A stretch of DNA of 40,605 nt from Klebsiella phage vB_KpnP_PRA33. Positions 1 through 8,052 of this stretch are shown in pieces (positions within the stretch are counted from its first letter, which is position 1; every line of letters starts with the position of its first letter). The stretch lies in sequence record KY652723.1. One strand, written 5' to 3'. The notes under the pieces are model-generated. The model was not told where the DNA came from. It searched no databases and saw nothing but the letters and a program-made list of their open reading frames with translations. Position numbers and translations under genes: made by a program.

Positions 1-175
1 TCCAGTTCACTCAAAGTAACCATAGGCCACCCTAAACCTTCGGTTTAACCTTAGGTGGGACTGATGGGAAACCTTGGGTGATACTATATGTTGTGGTGAG
101 GGAGACATTGGGATACTATATGTTGATGTCTCTGTGTCCCTATCTGTTGACCCTCTCTCTAAGTATCCACTGAGT
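1..175. repeat. Distal part of the T7-like direct terminal repeat / left-end repeat region. It continues from window end 40573-40605, so the window is circularly permuted.
   Basis: Joining window end to window start gives TCTCACAGTTTACAC...CCCCCCAGTACC|TCCAG...AACCTTCGGTTTAACCTTAGGTGG...TCTCTGTGTCCCTATCTGTT. This parallels the T7 left terminal repeat (TCTCACAGTGTACGG...CAACCTTCGGTTGACCTTGAGGG...TCTCTGTGTCCCTATCTGTT), recalled from memory. Confidence 0.45.
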
Positions 176-406
176 ACCACCTGAGGTTAGACCTGAGGTA
201 ATGCCGGAGACCATATACCTAAGGTGAGCCGACTGCTCACAAGGTTCACCATGTGACTAACGTTTAGCAGTGACTGTTAGTAGGTCACATTAAGAGAATC
301 ATTAAGTATCTCGTTTAGCAGTCCCTGAGACACTGAGAGCGGGACAAAGGGTATCGGTGAGTCATTACTATAAGGCTATTCAGTGGTCAGTGTCAATACA
401 TTACTC

Positions 407-429
407 AATTAGGTATCACTATAGGGAGA
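407..429 (+). promoter_or_regulatory. Phage RNAP promoter, phiOL-like (AATTAGGTATCACTATAGGGAGA; one mismatch at -8)
   Basis: Matches the 23-bp phage promoter consensus seen 12 more times in the window. Its position upstream of gene 0.3 matches T7 phiOL. Confidence 0.6.
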
Positions 430-504
430 CACTTTAAGTATTACTAAGAGACCATCACCATAAAGATAACTATCACTATAGGTCTACATAAAGTTTAACT
501 TAAG

Positions 505-545
505 GTATTGACACTCAGAATCAGTTATGAGACTATAGCAATCGT
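505..545 (+). promoter_or_regulatory. Putative host sigma70 early promoter (A1-like)
   Basis: TTGACA at 511-516, a spacer of about 17 nt, then a GACTAT/ACTATA -10-like hexamer. The position corresponds to T7 A1 in the non-coding left arm. Confidence 0.3.
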
Positions 546-629
546 TGAGAGACACAACGTCACCAACGACCAGACAATACCACGAGTTATCTGGTTAGAC
601 TGAGGGTCTCAAGTAGCTATCAACCGGCA

Positions 630-705
630 TACGAAAGTGGTTGACTCAACGATGAACAAGTAGTAACGTAGTAAGCAAGCAGTAACATGCAGTACCAAGT
701 AGCAC
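630..705 (+). promoter_or_regulatory. Putative host sigma70 early promoter cluster (A2/A3-like)
   Basis: TTGACT at 637-642 and repeated GTAACATGCAGTA / CAAGTAG motifs resembling T7 A2/A3 (TTGACAACATGAAGTAACATGCAGTAAGATAC). The -10 elements are imperfect. Confidence 0.3.
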
Positions 706-858
706 CGCTCTTTAACAATATGGATTAGCTGACATGTACATCACTCATCACTTAGTGTTTAACTAGTGGTTACATTCGGGTCTCTGGCAAGGTACGTCCT
801 GTCACCCTGAGAGTAGCCACGATGATAACCACTAACCAACTGAAGGGATATACACATC

Positions 859-1326
859 ATGATTTACACCAAAGAGCCAGCTAACAAGGTATTCGTGTTC
901 GTTACCGCTTACCGTGGCCACGAGTCGCTCGAAGTTAACGAGAAGATGCTCAAGGGTCTGGTACGTACCATCCGCACCTATCCGGGAGCATATGGCAACA
1001 TTCGTGATGAGCACGTACAGGGCTGCTTTAAAGAGGCTGGTATGCCGGAGGCAACGCAAGAGCGCACGCTTAAGGTAGAATGCACTGAGAAGCAAGCCGC
1101 AGAGCTGACATGGCTGGCCTGTAAGACCTACTCGCAAGATGCTGTGCTGGTGGTGCACTCACAGACTCACACAGCCTATCTGTGGTCTATCGAGGATGTT
1201 GGCGAGTATCCACAAGTATACCCAACGCTCAAAGAGGTGTCTTTAGGTGGCACGCTGCAACAAGTGGACGCTCCTAAGGGCGAATGCTATTCAATCATCA
1301 ACGGGCAGTACTGGGAGGTTGTATGA
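859..1326 (+). CDS. 0.3: S-adenosyl-L-methionine hydrolase/lyase (T3-type gene 0.3, anti-restriction)
   Basis: 155 aa and the first gene after the about 850-bp non-coding left arm. Size and the motif ...KSQTHTA... resemble T3 SAMase (152 aa). It is not Ocr-like (not acidic, not 117 aa). Confidence 0.7.
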   Translation: MIYTKEPANKVFVFVTAYRGHESLEVNEKMLKGLVRTIRTYPGAYGNIRDEHVQGCFKEAGMPEATQERTLKVECTEKQAAELTWLACKTYSQDAVLVVHSQTHTAYLWSIEDVGEYPQVYPTLKEVSLGGTLQQVDAPKGECYSIINGQYWEVV

Positions 1327-1505
1327 AGCGCTACGGAATCACGCAGCAGGACCTCAAGCTCACTCGCAAGGCCATGAAGGTGGCCCTGATGTATGTCAAC
1401 CAGTCACCTGAAGACATGAACGCATGGCACGGCTACTATATGGCCCAGCTGGCAGAAATTTACCATACTCGTAAGGTAATGTATGATAACCCTGTTAATA
1501 ATTAG
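1323..1505 (+). CDS. Hypothetical early protein (0.4/0.45 position)
   Basis: 60-aa ORF with GGAGG RBS at 1310-1314. Its ATG overlaps the gene 0.3 stop (ATGA), so it is translationally coupled. No recognisable homology. Confidence 0.45.
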   Translation: MKRYGITQQDLKLTRKAMKVALMYVNQSPEDMNAWHGYYMAQLAEIYHTRKVMYDNPVNN

Positions 1506-1680
1506 CGTGTACGCCCTGATTGTCCTGTACTTTGTGCGGGACTTTCGCAAGGGTCTCAAGGTGCACAAAGCATCATTCAGTTACCTGAAGTGGGGCTTCT
1601 TGCCTCGCTTTACTGTACGGCTACCTAATGGCCGCTTTAAGGCGAACAAGGTGGGGATATTCTATGTCGCAACGCATTAA
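1483..1680 (+). CDS. Hypothetical small membrane protein (0.6 position)
   Basis: 65 aa with a hydrophobic N-terminal helix (ITLLIISVYALIVLYFV). Overlaps the previous ORF end. Confidence 0.4.
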   Translation: MITLLIISVYALIVLYFVRDFRKGLKVHKASFSYLKWGFLPRFTVRLPNGRFKANKVGIFYVATH

Positions 1681-1843
1681 CACTATGGTTTATAAGGACG
1701 GACATGGTCACATCATTGTTCACATCATCAAGGATGACACATTCCGCTATGTAGATGACCGTAGCATACTGCCGTACTATCCAAGCGTTAAGACACGCAA
1801 GACGTGGAAGCGCATCGGGACCAACATTAAATTCACTGATTAA
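1664..1843 (+). CDS. Hypothetical early protein (0.65 position)
   Basis: 59 aa from an internal Met of ORF 1628..1843, with a weak GGGGA RBS. Basic C-terminus. Confidence 0.35.
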   Translation: MSQRINTMVYKDGHGHIIVHIIKDDTFRYVDDRSILPYYPSVKTRKTWKRIGTNIKFTD

Positions 1844-1872
1844 CAGCACATACACACATAAGGAATAACCAA

Positions 1873-2886
1873 ATGAACTACACCGATATACAAGCACGCT
1901 TAGACGTCATCCGCAACCTGCCAATCTGTGAACTCGACGAGCGCCAGCCGCTGCTGGTAGCACTCATGGCGGACATTGTGAACTATGAGACGTCCGACGG
2001 TGACGATACGGACAGCGATTGGGGTCTGGAACGTCAGGACTATTGGAAAACCCTGAAGATTAAGGCCAAAGACGCTGGGTTTAACCTGCTGGGCAATGGT
2101 CACTTCAGTGCAGCGTTTAAGCATAAGCTGCTACCGGGTAGGGTCATTAAGGTTGGCTTTAAGAAAGAGGACTCAGGGGCCGCCTATGTGGCTTTCTGCC
2201 GGATGCACCAAGGCCGTGTAGGGATTCCTAACGTCTATCACGTAGCGCGTCACGCTGGCTGCTATACGGTGGTGCTGGATGAACTGGAACCGTACCAGCG
2301 CAAGGAGAACGAGACGCATGAGCATTACGCAGACCTTGCTAACTACTTTGTGGAGAACTCTGGTGCAGAGCTGGGCGATGTTGACGGTGCAGAGAAGGAA
2401 TTACCCTTCGTCGAGACGTGCCAAATGATTAACAAGTTCTTCCACGGGATTGCATCCTTTGACATGCACAGCGGCAACATCATGTTCACCAAAGACGGCA
2501 AGCCAGTGATTACCGACCCGGTGTCATTCTCAGCGGACCGGGACCGTGAGCCTTTCTCACTGGAACCTGAGGAACTGCTCGCAGAGGTTGAGCAGATAGT
2601 GCGCAATAAGATGATTGAACGCTGTAAGCGCAACAAGGCTAAGCGTAATCCTCTGGGGACCTTTCAGAGAGACCGCAAGCACATCAACAAGGCACGCAGA
2701 CAACGCGCCAAGGTCCGAGCACGCCACATGAAGGAGCGCGAGCGGATTGACGCCGGGGTCCTAAAGGTTGACTTTGCGAAAGTCGAGGAGCGCATTCTGG
2801 CGTGGCAAGTGGTATCCGGCCTAGCGATACAACAGGGCAAGCCATTACCTATCGACAACTACCTTCAGGGTAGACTTATGGGCTAA
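1873..2886 (+). CDS. 0.7: Serine/threonine protein kinase / host transcription shut-off protein (T7 gp0.7 homolog)
   Basis: 337 aa. Long collinear similarity to T7 gp0.7: MN.TDI...LPICELD...GNGHFSAA..IKVGFKKEDSGAAY.AFCRM.QGR.GIPNVY...RHAGCYTVVLD...FDMHSGNIMF...ITDPVSFS. Confidence 0.92.
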   Translation: MNYTDIQARLDVIRNLPICELDERQPLLVALMADIVNYETSDGDDTDSDWGLERQDYWKTLKIKAKDAGFNLLGNGHFSAAFKHKLLPGRVIKVGFKKEDSGAAYVAFCRMHQGRVGIPNVYHVARHAGCYTVVLDELEPYQRKENETHEHYADLANYFVENSGAELGDVDGAEKELPFVETCQMINKFFHGIASFDMHSGNIMFTKDGKPVITDPVSFSADRDREPFSLEPEELLAEVEQIVRNKMIERCKRNKAKRNPLGTFQRDRKHINKARRQRAKVRARHMKERERIDAGVLKVDFAKVEERILAWQVVSGLAIQQGKPLPIDNYLQGRLMG

Positions 2887-2940
2887 CAAGGTGTATCTTA
2901 GGTGTCTCCGCACGGTGAGGCACCAATAGATAAACTTTAT
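2887..2940 (+). promoter_or_regulatory. Possible RNase III processing hairpin (R1 position)
   Basis: Imperfect inverted repeat GGTGTCTCCGCACGGTGAGGCACC between genes 0.7 and 1, where T7 has R1. Confidence 0.2.
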
Positions 2941-2974
2941 TAACGCCAGTTCTCTGGCACCAAAGAGGCACACA

Positions 2975-5695
2975 ATGAACGCATTAAACATTGCACGTAA
3001 TGACTTCTCAGAGATTGAACTAGCCGCTATTCCGTACAACATCCTCAGCGAGCACTACGGGGACAAGCTGGCACGTGAGCAGTTAACGCTCGAACATGAA
3101 GCGTACGAGCTGGGCGAGCAGCGTTTCCTGAAGATGCTGGAACGTCAGGTTAAAGCTGGTGAGTTCGCTGACAACGTGGCCGCCAAGCCGCTGGTCTTAA
3201 CGCTGCATCCACAGTTAACCAAACGTATTAACGATTGGAAAGAGGAGCAAGCAACCGCACGTGGTAAGAAGCCTCGCGCATACTATCCGATTAAGCATGG
3301 CGTGGCCTCAGAGTTAGCCCTAAGCATGGGCGCTGAGGTACTCAACGAGAAGCGCGGAGTGTCCAGTGAGGCAATCGCACTGCTGACCATTAAGGTCGTC
3401 TTAGGGACGCTCACAGATGCCTCTAAGGCCACCATCCAGCAGGTATCCTCTCAGTTAGGCAAGGCCCTTGAGGATGAGGCCCGCTTCGGTCGTATCCGTG
3501 AGCAGGAGGCCGCCTACTTCAAGAAGAACGTAGCGGACCAGCTGGACAAGCGCGTAGGCCACGTGTACAAGAAGGCTTTCATGCAGGTAGTCGAGGCCGA
3601 TATGATATCCAAAGGGATGCTTGGTGGGGACAACTGGGCGAGCTGGAAGACCGACGAGCAGATGCACGTAGGGACCAAGCTGTTGGAGCTACTCATTGAG
3701 GGGACTGGTCTGGTGGAGATGACCAAGAACAAGATGGCCGATGGCTCGGACGATGTGACCAGTATGCAAATGGTCCAGCTGGCTCCGGCCTTTGTGGAAC
3801 TCCTGAGTAAACGAGCGGGCGCACTTGCAGGTATCAGTCCTATGTACCAACCGTGCGTAGTCCCTCCGAAACCTTGGGTTGGGACCGTAGGCGGTGGCTA
3901 CTGGTCAGTCGGTCGTCGCCCGCTGGTACTGGTGCGTACCCACTCCAAGAAAGCACTGCGCCGCTATGAAGACGTGCACATGCCTGAGGTATACAAAGCG
4001 GTCAACCTCGCGCAAAACACACCGTGGAAGGTGAACAAGAAGGTGCTGGCGGTAGTCAACGAGATTGTCAACTGGAAGCACTGCCCGGTTGCTGACGTCC
4101 CAGCGATTGAACGCGAAGAGTTACCACCACGCCCAGACGATATCGACACCAACGAGGTGGCACGTAAGGCATGGCGCAAGGAGGCAGCAGCGGTGTACCG
4201 TAAGGACAAGGCCCGACAGTCTCGCCGTTTGTCAATGGAGTTCATGGTCGCACAGGCCAACAAGTTCGCTAACCATAAGGCCATTTGGTTCCCGTACAAC
4301 ATGGACTGGCGCGGACGTGTGTACGCTGTGAGCATGTTCAACCCTCAGGGTAACGACATGACCAAAGGTATGCTGACGCTGGCCAAGGGCAAACCAATCG
4401 GTCTCGATGGGTTCTACTGGCTGAAGATTCATGGTGCAAACTGTGCAGGCGTCGATAAGGTTCCCTTCCCTGAGCGCATCAAGTTCATCGAAGAGAACGA
4501 GGGTAACATTCTGGCGAGCGCAGCCGACCCGCTGAATAACACTTGGTGGACTAAGCAAGATTCACCGTTCTGCTTCTTAGCGTTCTGCTTTGAGTACGCA
4601 GGAGTTAAACATCACGGCCTGAATTACAACTGTTCGCTGCCGCTGGCGTTCGATGGGTCCTGCTCTGGGATTCAACATTTCAGTGCGATGCTCCGCGATT
4701 CTATCGGTGGCCGTGCGGTTAACCTGCTGCCTTCTGATACCGTGCAGGATATCTACAAGATTGTTGCCGACAAGGTTAACGAGGTGCTCAAGCAGCACGT
4801 TGTCAACGGGTCCCAGACGGTGGTCGAGCAGATTGCCGACAAGGATACAGGTGAGTTCCGCGAGAAGGTAACGCTGGGTGAGTCCGTACTGGCTGCGCAG
4901 TGGTTGCAATATGGTGTTACTCGCAAGGTGACTAAGCGTTCAGTCATGACGTTGGCGTATGGTTCCAAAGAGTTCGGCTTCCGCCAGCAAGTTCTTGAGG
5001 ACACCATTCAACCTGCTATTGACAACGGTGAGGGCTTGATGTTCACCCACCCGAACCAAGCGGCTGGCTACATGGCTAAGCTGATTTGGGACGCTGTGAC
5101 CGTGACCGTGGTGGCCGCTGTCGAAGCGATGAACTGGCTGAAGTCTGCCGCTAAGCTACTGGCCGCTGAGGTCAAGGACAAGAAGACCAAAGAGGTACTT
5201 CGTAAGCGCTGCGCAATCCACTGGGTAACACCAGACGGCTTCCCGGTGTGGCAGGAATACCACAAGCGCGACCAAGCGCGCCTGAAGCTAACGTTCTTAG
5301 GTCAGGCCAACGTGTTCATGACGTACAACAAAGGGGACACCAAAGAGATTGACGCGCACAAGCAAGAGTCGGGCATCGCGCCTAACTTTGTGCACTCACA
5401 GGATGGTAGTCACCTGCGCATGACCGTAGTGCACGCTAACGAGGTCTACGGGATTGACTCCTTCGCGCTCATTCACGACTCCTTCGGGACCATTCCGGCA
5501 GACGCTGGGAATCTCTTTAAGGCAGTCCGTGAGACGATGGTCAAGACCTACGAGGACAACGATGTGATTGCAGACTTCTATGACCAGTTCGCTGACCAGC
5601 TGCACGAGTCTCAGCTCGATAAAATGCCAGAAGTTCCGGCCAAAGGCGACCTTAATCTGCGCGATATCTTAGAGTCTGACTTCGCGTTCGCCTAA
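2975..5695 (+). CDS. 1: Single-subunit DNA-directed RNA polymerase (T7 gene 1 homolog)
   Basis: 906 aa with near-complete alignment to T7 RNAP (MN..NIA.NDFS.IELAAIP.N......YG..LAREQL.LEHE.YE.GE.RF.KM.ERQ.KAGE.ADN.AAKPL...; ...HKQESGIAPNFVHSQDGSHLR...; C-terminal ...RDILESDFAFA). Confidence 0.98.
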   Translation: MNALNIARNDFSEIELAAIPYNILSEHYGDKLAREQLTLEHEAYELGEQRFLKMLERQVKAGEFADNVAAKPLVLTLHPQLTKRINDWKEEQATARGKKPRAYYPIKHGVASELALSMGAEVLNEKRGVSSEAIALLTIKVVLGTLTDASKATIQQVSSQLGKALEDEARFGRIREQEAAYFKKNVADQLDKRVGHVYKKAFMQVVEADMISKGMLGGDNWASWKTDEQMHVGTKLLELLIEGTGLVEMTKNKMADGSDDVTSMQMVQLAPAFVELLSKRAGALAGISPMYQPCVVPPKPWVGTVGGGYWSVGRRPLVLVRTHSKKALRRYEDVHMPEVYKAVNLAQNTPWKVNKKVLAVVNEIVNWKHCPVADVPAIEREELPPRPDDIDTNEVARKAWRKEAAAVYRKDKARQSRRLSMEFMVAQANKFANHKAIWFPYNMDWRGRVYAVSMFNPQGNDMTKGMLTLAKGKPIGLDGFYWLKIHGANCAGVDKVPFPERIKFIEENEGNILASAADPLNNTWWTKQDSPFCFLAFCFEYAGVKHHGLNYNCSLPLAFDGSCSGIQHFSAMLRDSIGGRAVNLLPSDTVQDIYKIVADKVNEVLKQHVVNGSQTVVEQIADKDTGEFREKVTLGESVLAAQWLQYGVTRKVTKRSVMTLAYGSKEFGFRQQVLEDTIQPAIDNGEGLMFTHPNQAAGYMAKLIWDAVTVTVVAAVEAMNWLKSAAKLLAAEVKDKKTKEVLRKRCAIHWVTPDGFPVWQEYHKRDQARLKLTFLGQANVFMTYNKGDTKEIDAHKQESGIAPNFVHSQDGSHLRMTVVHANEVYGIDSFALIHDSFGTIPADAGNLFKAVRETMVKTYEDNDVIADFYDQFADQLHESQLDKMPEVPAKGDLNLRDILESDFAFA

Positions 5696-5705
5696 GGCCT
5701 CCAGC

Positions 5706-5728
5706 AATTAGGTAGCACTATAGGGAAC
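5706..5728 (+). promoter_or_regulatory. Phage promoter (phi1.1A-like)
   Basis: AATTAGGTAGCACTATAGGGAAC, followed by the hairpin GGAACCTTCGAATGACAGAGGGTTCC and an AT-rich ACTTAAAG x3 tract. Confidence 0.8.
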
Positions 5729-5793
5729 CTTCGAATGACAGAGGGTTCCATTACTTAAAGTCTTAACTTAAAGAATACTTAAAGAGGCACGCT

Positions 5794-6357
5794 ATGACTT
5801 ACTCAATCGTTGTAACCATCTTGTTAATCATCGTCACAGCACTCTTCATTAGCGCCATACGGGACTCACTACGCAGTGAGGAGCGATTGCAGCGCACGGT
5901 CCGAGAGGCCAACTCCGCGTTCAACAGCGAGTCCTGCAAGGTCCTGCGACTGGCAGACAAAGCTGACTCGCTCAGTAGACAGGTTCGTTACTTAGAGGGC
6001 GAGCTTGAGAGTGAGAAACAGAAGGTGCGCGACGTGAATGAACTCCGAGCGCACCAACGGGACCGCATGAAGTTCCTGCGCAAGCAGCTGAAGGAAGCAC
6101 AAGACGAGCTGATGATGGTCTCCGACCTGATTCACGTTAAGTTCACCGCAGTGTTGCCAGACGGTACCCACTCCAAGACGCTCTTTAAGTTAGGACTTGG
6201 CCCGTGTGGTCTCCACGTTAAGTCCCTCCGCTGGACAGAGCTGGATGACCGCTACCTGATAGACCAGCTGTGCACCAACGGTGAGCGCAAGCAGTTCGTC
6301 TACTACAAGAGCGAAGTAGTAGGACGCATCGAATTCCGCCACGGTAAGTCTGAATAA
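5794..6357 (+). CDS. Hypothetical membrane-anchored coiled-coil protein (no T7 counterpart; 1.05-like position)
   Basis: 187 aa with an N-terminal TM helix (IVVTILLIIVTALFISAI), then a heptad-rich charged segment (about 30-110) and a C-terminal globular part. Sits between two phage promoters. RBS AAAGAGG. Confidence 0.6.
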   Translation: MTYSIVVTILLIIVTALFISAIRDSLRSEERLQRTVREANSAFNSESCKVLRLADKADSLSRQVRYLEGELESEKQKVRDVNELRAHQRDRMKFLRKQLKEAQDELMMVSDLIHVKFTAVLPDGTHSKTLFKLGLGPCGLHVKSLRWTELDDRYLIDQLCTNGERKQFVYYKSEVVGRIEFRHGKSE

Positions 6358-6376
6358 GGTAGCACTATAGGAACAT
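6354..6376 (+). promoter_or_regulatory. Phage promoter (phi1.1B-like, class II, imperfect)
   Basis: AATAAGGTAGCACTATAGGAACA. Confidence 0.65.
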
Positions 6377-6416
6377 ACTCAAGGTCATCACGTTTGGTGG
6401 CCTTCATGAATGTCCC
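6376..6416 (+). promoter_or_regulatory. RNase III-type processing hairpin (R1.1-like)
   Basis: ACTCAAGGTCATC...GGTGGCCTTCATGAATG. Member of a 5-copy family sharing ACTCAAGGT...GGCCTTTATGATT. Confidence 0.5.
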
Positions 6417-6442
6417 TTACTATCGCAATCAGGAGCAACATC

Positions 6443-6619
6443 ATGTACCAGAACACAATCAACTTTGAGCGCAACCGTGAACGCCAGCAGACTGAAGGCT
6501 ATATCCCTAAAGGCCGCAAGCTGAACAAGACAAAGCGTGGTGGCGGCGTTAAGGGTTCCTTCCGTAACGCCAAGGGTGACAGCGTTGTTAACCAAGAGAA
6601 ATATTTCGTAGGAGCGTAA
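6443..6619 (+). CDS. 1.1: gp1.1-like small basic protein
   Basis: Internal Met with AGGAG RBS. KGRKLNKTKR matches T7 gp1.1 (…TKGRKLNKTKRDRS…). Confidence 0.6.
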   Translation: MYQNTINFERNRERQQTEGYIPKGRKLNKTKRGGGVKGSFRNAKGDSVVNQEKYFVGA

Positions 6620-6622
6620 CAA

Positions 6623-6889
6623 ATGGCTGAGCAAACTAAATGGCTGTTCGATGGCAGCACTTCACAGTGGTCAAGGCTGGGTCACACAGAGCGCAGGTTG
6701 ATGGACGAGACGGGACTACGTGTAATCATGACGTACCGCCCATTCAACCGCACAGTGCTATTCTCTGTGTATGAACCTCGACCGGACTACGACGAGGTGC
6801 TCGTGGAGAAGTCCTTCAGCCGCTGGTCGATTGACTCAGCGTCAGATTGGCTGGCAAAACTAACAGCCGACTACTCAAGTTGGAAATGA
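6623..6889 (+). CDS. 1.2: gp1.2-like protein (T7 gp1.2 inhibits host dGTPase Dgt)
   Basis: 88 aa (T7 85 aa). C-terminal DWL...L.D..WK resemblance and syntenic position. Confidence 0.5.
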   Translation: MAEQTKWLFDGSTSQWSRLGHTERRLMDETGLRVIMTYRPFNRTVLFSVYEPRPDYDEVLVEKSFSRWSIDSASDWLAKLTADYSSWK

Positions 6890-6911
6890 TTAGGTAGCAC
6901 TATAGGCAGAC
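6889..6911 (+). promoter_or_regulatory. Phage promoter (phi1.3-like)
   Basis: GATTAGGTAGCACTATAGGCAGA. Confidence 0.7.
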
Positions 6912-6955
6912 TCAAGGTCATCGGATTCCGGTGGCCTTTATGATTGCTTATTGCA
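6909..6955 (+). promoter_or_regulatory. RNase III-type processing hairpin (R1.3-like)
   Basis: ACTCAAGGTCATCGGATTCCGGTGGCCTTTATGATT. Confidence 0.5.
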
Positions 6956-6989
6956 CACTAAATGAACACTACACTTCGGAGACATCACC

Positions 6990-8015
6990 ATGATGAACAT
7001 TAAGACCAACCCCTTTAAGGCCGTATCGTTCGTTCGCTCTGCTATCGAGAAGGCGCTGGAGACTTCCGGTTATCTCATCGCAGACACTAAGCACGATGGC
7101 GTACGCGGGAACATCTGCGTAGACAACACGGCAAACGTAGCGTGGCTCAGCCGGGTCTCCAAGACCATTCCGGCCCTTGAGCACCTCAATGGTTTCGGCG
7201 CTCGTTGGCAGAAGTTACTGAAGGACGACCGTTGGATTTTCCCGGATGGCTTTATGCTGGATGGTGAACTCATGGTCAAGGGTGTGGACTTCAACACTGG
7301 GTCCGGCCTGCTGCGCACTAAGTGGCTGAAAGCTAAGAACTATGAGTTCTCAACATACGCCATTGAGAAAGAGTGGGATAACCCTAAGGGTAAAGTACCG
7401 TTCCACCTCAATAGTGCCGACCTCAAAGTTGTCCTCTACGATATCATTCCGCTTGACATTATCGAGTCCGGTGATGACTACAACGTGATGACCCTGCTGC
7501 GCCTTGAGCACGTCAAGATAGCTTTACCAGTCCTGCAAGACCACTTCCCTGAAGTCGAGTGGTGCCTCTCAGAGTCCCATGAAGTTTACGACATGGACGA
7601 ACTCGATGCGCTGTACCGACAGAAACGCGAAGAAGGTCACGAAGGCCTCGTGGTTAAGGACCCTCGGGGCATCTACAAGCGCGGTAAGAAGTCCGGCTGG
7701 TTCAAGTGCAAGCCGAACGATGAAGCCGATGGAATCATTCAGGGAGTCAATTGGGGCACTCCCGGTCTTGCAAACGAGGGCAAAGTCATCGGGTTCTCTG
7801 TGCTTCTTGAGACAGGTCGTTTAGTAGACGCCAACAACATCTCTCGCGCACTGATGGATGAATTTACTGCCAACGTTAAGGAACACGGCGAGGAATACTA
7901 TAATGGCTGGTCTTGCCAGATTGGCTATATGGAGGAGACGAAAGATGGTTCATTGCGGCATCCCTCATTCACCTGCTTCAGGGGAACTGAGGACAACCCA
8001 AGCGAGAAAATATAA
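6990..8015 (+). CDS. 1.3: ATP-dependent DNA ligase
   Basis: 341 aa. MMNIKTNPFKAVSFV..AI.KAL...GYLIA..K.DGVRGNICVDNTAN..WLSRVSKTIPALEHLNGF...is near-identical in pattern to the T7 ligase N-terminus, with adenylation Lys in K.DG. The C-terminus ...YMEETKDGSLRHPSF..FRGTEDNP also matches T7. Confidence 0.96.
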   Translation: MMNIKTNPFKAVSFVRSAIEKALETSGYLIADTKHDGVRGNICVDNTANVAWLSRVSKTIPALEHLNGFGARWQKLLKDDRWIFPDGFMLDGELMVKGVDFNTGSGLLRTKWLKAKNYEFSTYAIEKEWDNPKGKVPFHLNSADLKVVLYDIIPLDIIESGDDYNVMTLLRLEHVKIALPVLQDHFPEVEWCLSESHEVYDMDELDALYRQKREEGHEGLVVKDPRGIYKRGKKSGWFKCKPNDEADGIIQGVNWGTPGLANEGKVIGFSVLLETGRLVDANNISRALMDEFTANVKEHGEEYYNGWSCQIGYMEETKDGSLRHPSFTCFRGTEDNPSEKI

Positions 8016-8024
8016 GTATAGCAA

Positions 8025-8052
8025 AGTGGCTCCTTCGGGAGTCGTTTCAGCT
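8025..8052 (+). terminator. Putative early (host RNAP) terminator TE
   Basis: GC-rich stem with UUCG tetraloop (GGCTCCTTCGGGAGTC) followed by GTTTC, immediately after the ligase, where T7 TE lies. Confidence 0.4.

Noticed and set aside
468-490. Second promoter-like element (CTATCACTATAGGTCTA) downstream of phiOL
   Set aside because: Only the -7 to +2 core matches the consensus, and the -17 to -8 recognition region is unrelated. It is probably non-functional or a very weak secondary site.
770-858. Possible R0.3 RNase III site upstream of gene 0.3
   Set aside because: No convincing extended inverted repeat, and it does not share the ACTCAAGGT...GGCCTTTATGATT family motif.
6410-6442. N-terminal 11-codon extension of gene 1.1 (ORF starting at 6410)
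   Set aside because: The extension overlaps the RNase III-like hairpin. The internal ATG at 6443 has a proper AGGAG RBS and gives a product matching T7 gp1.1 in size.
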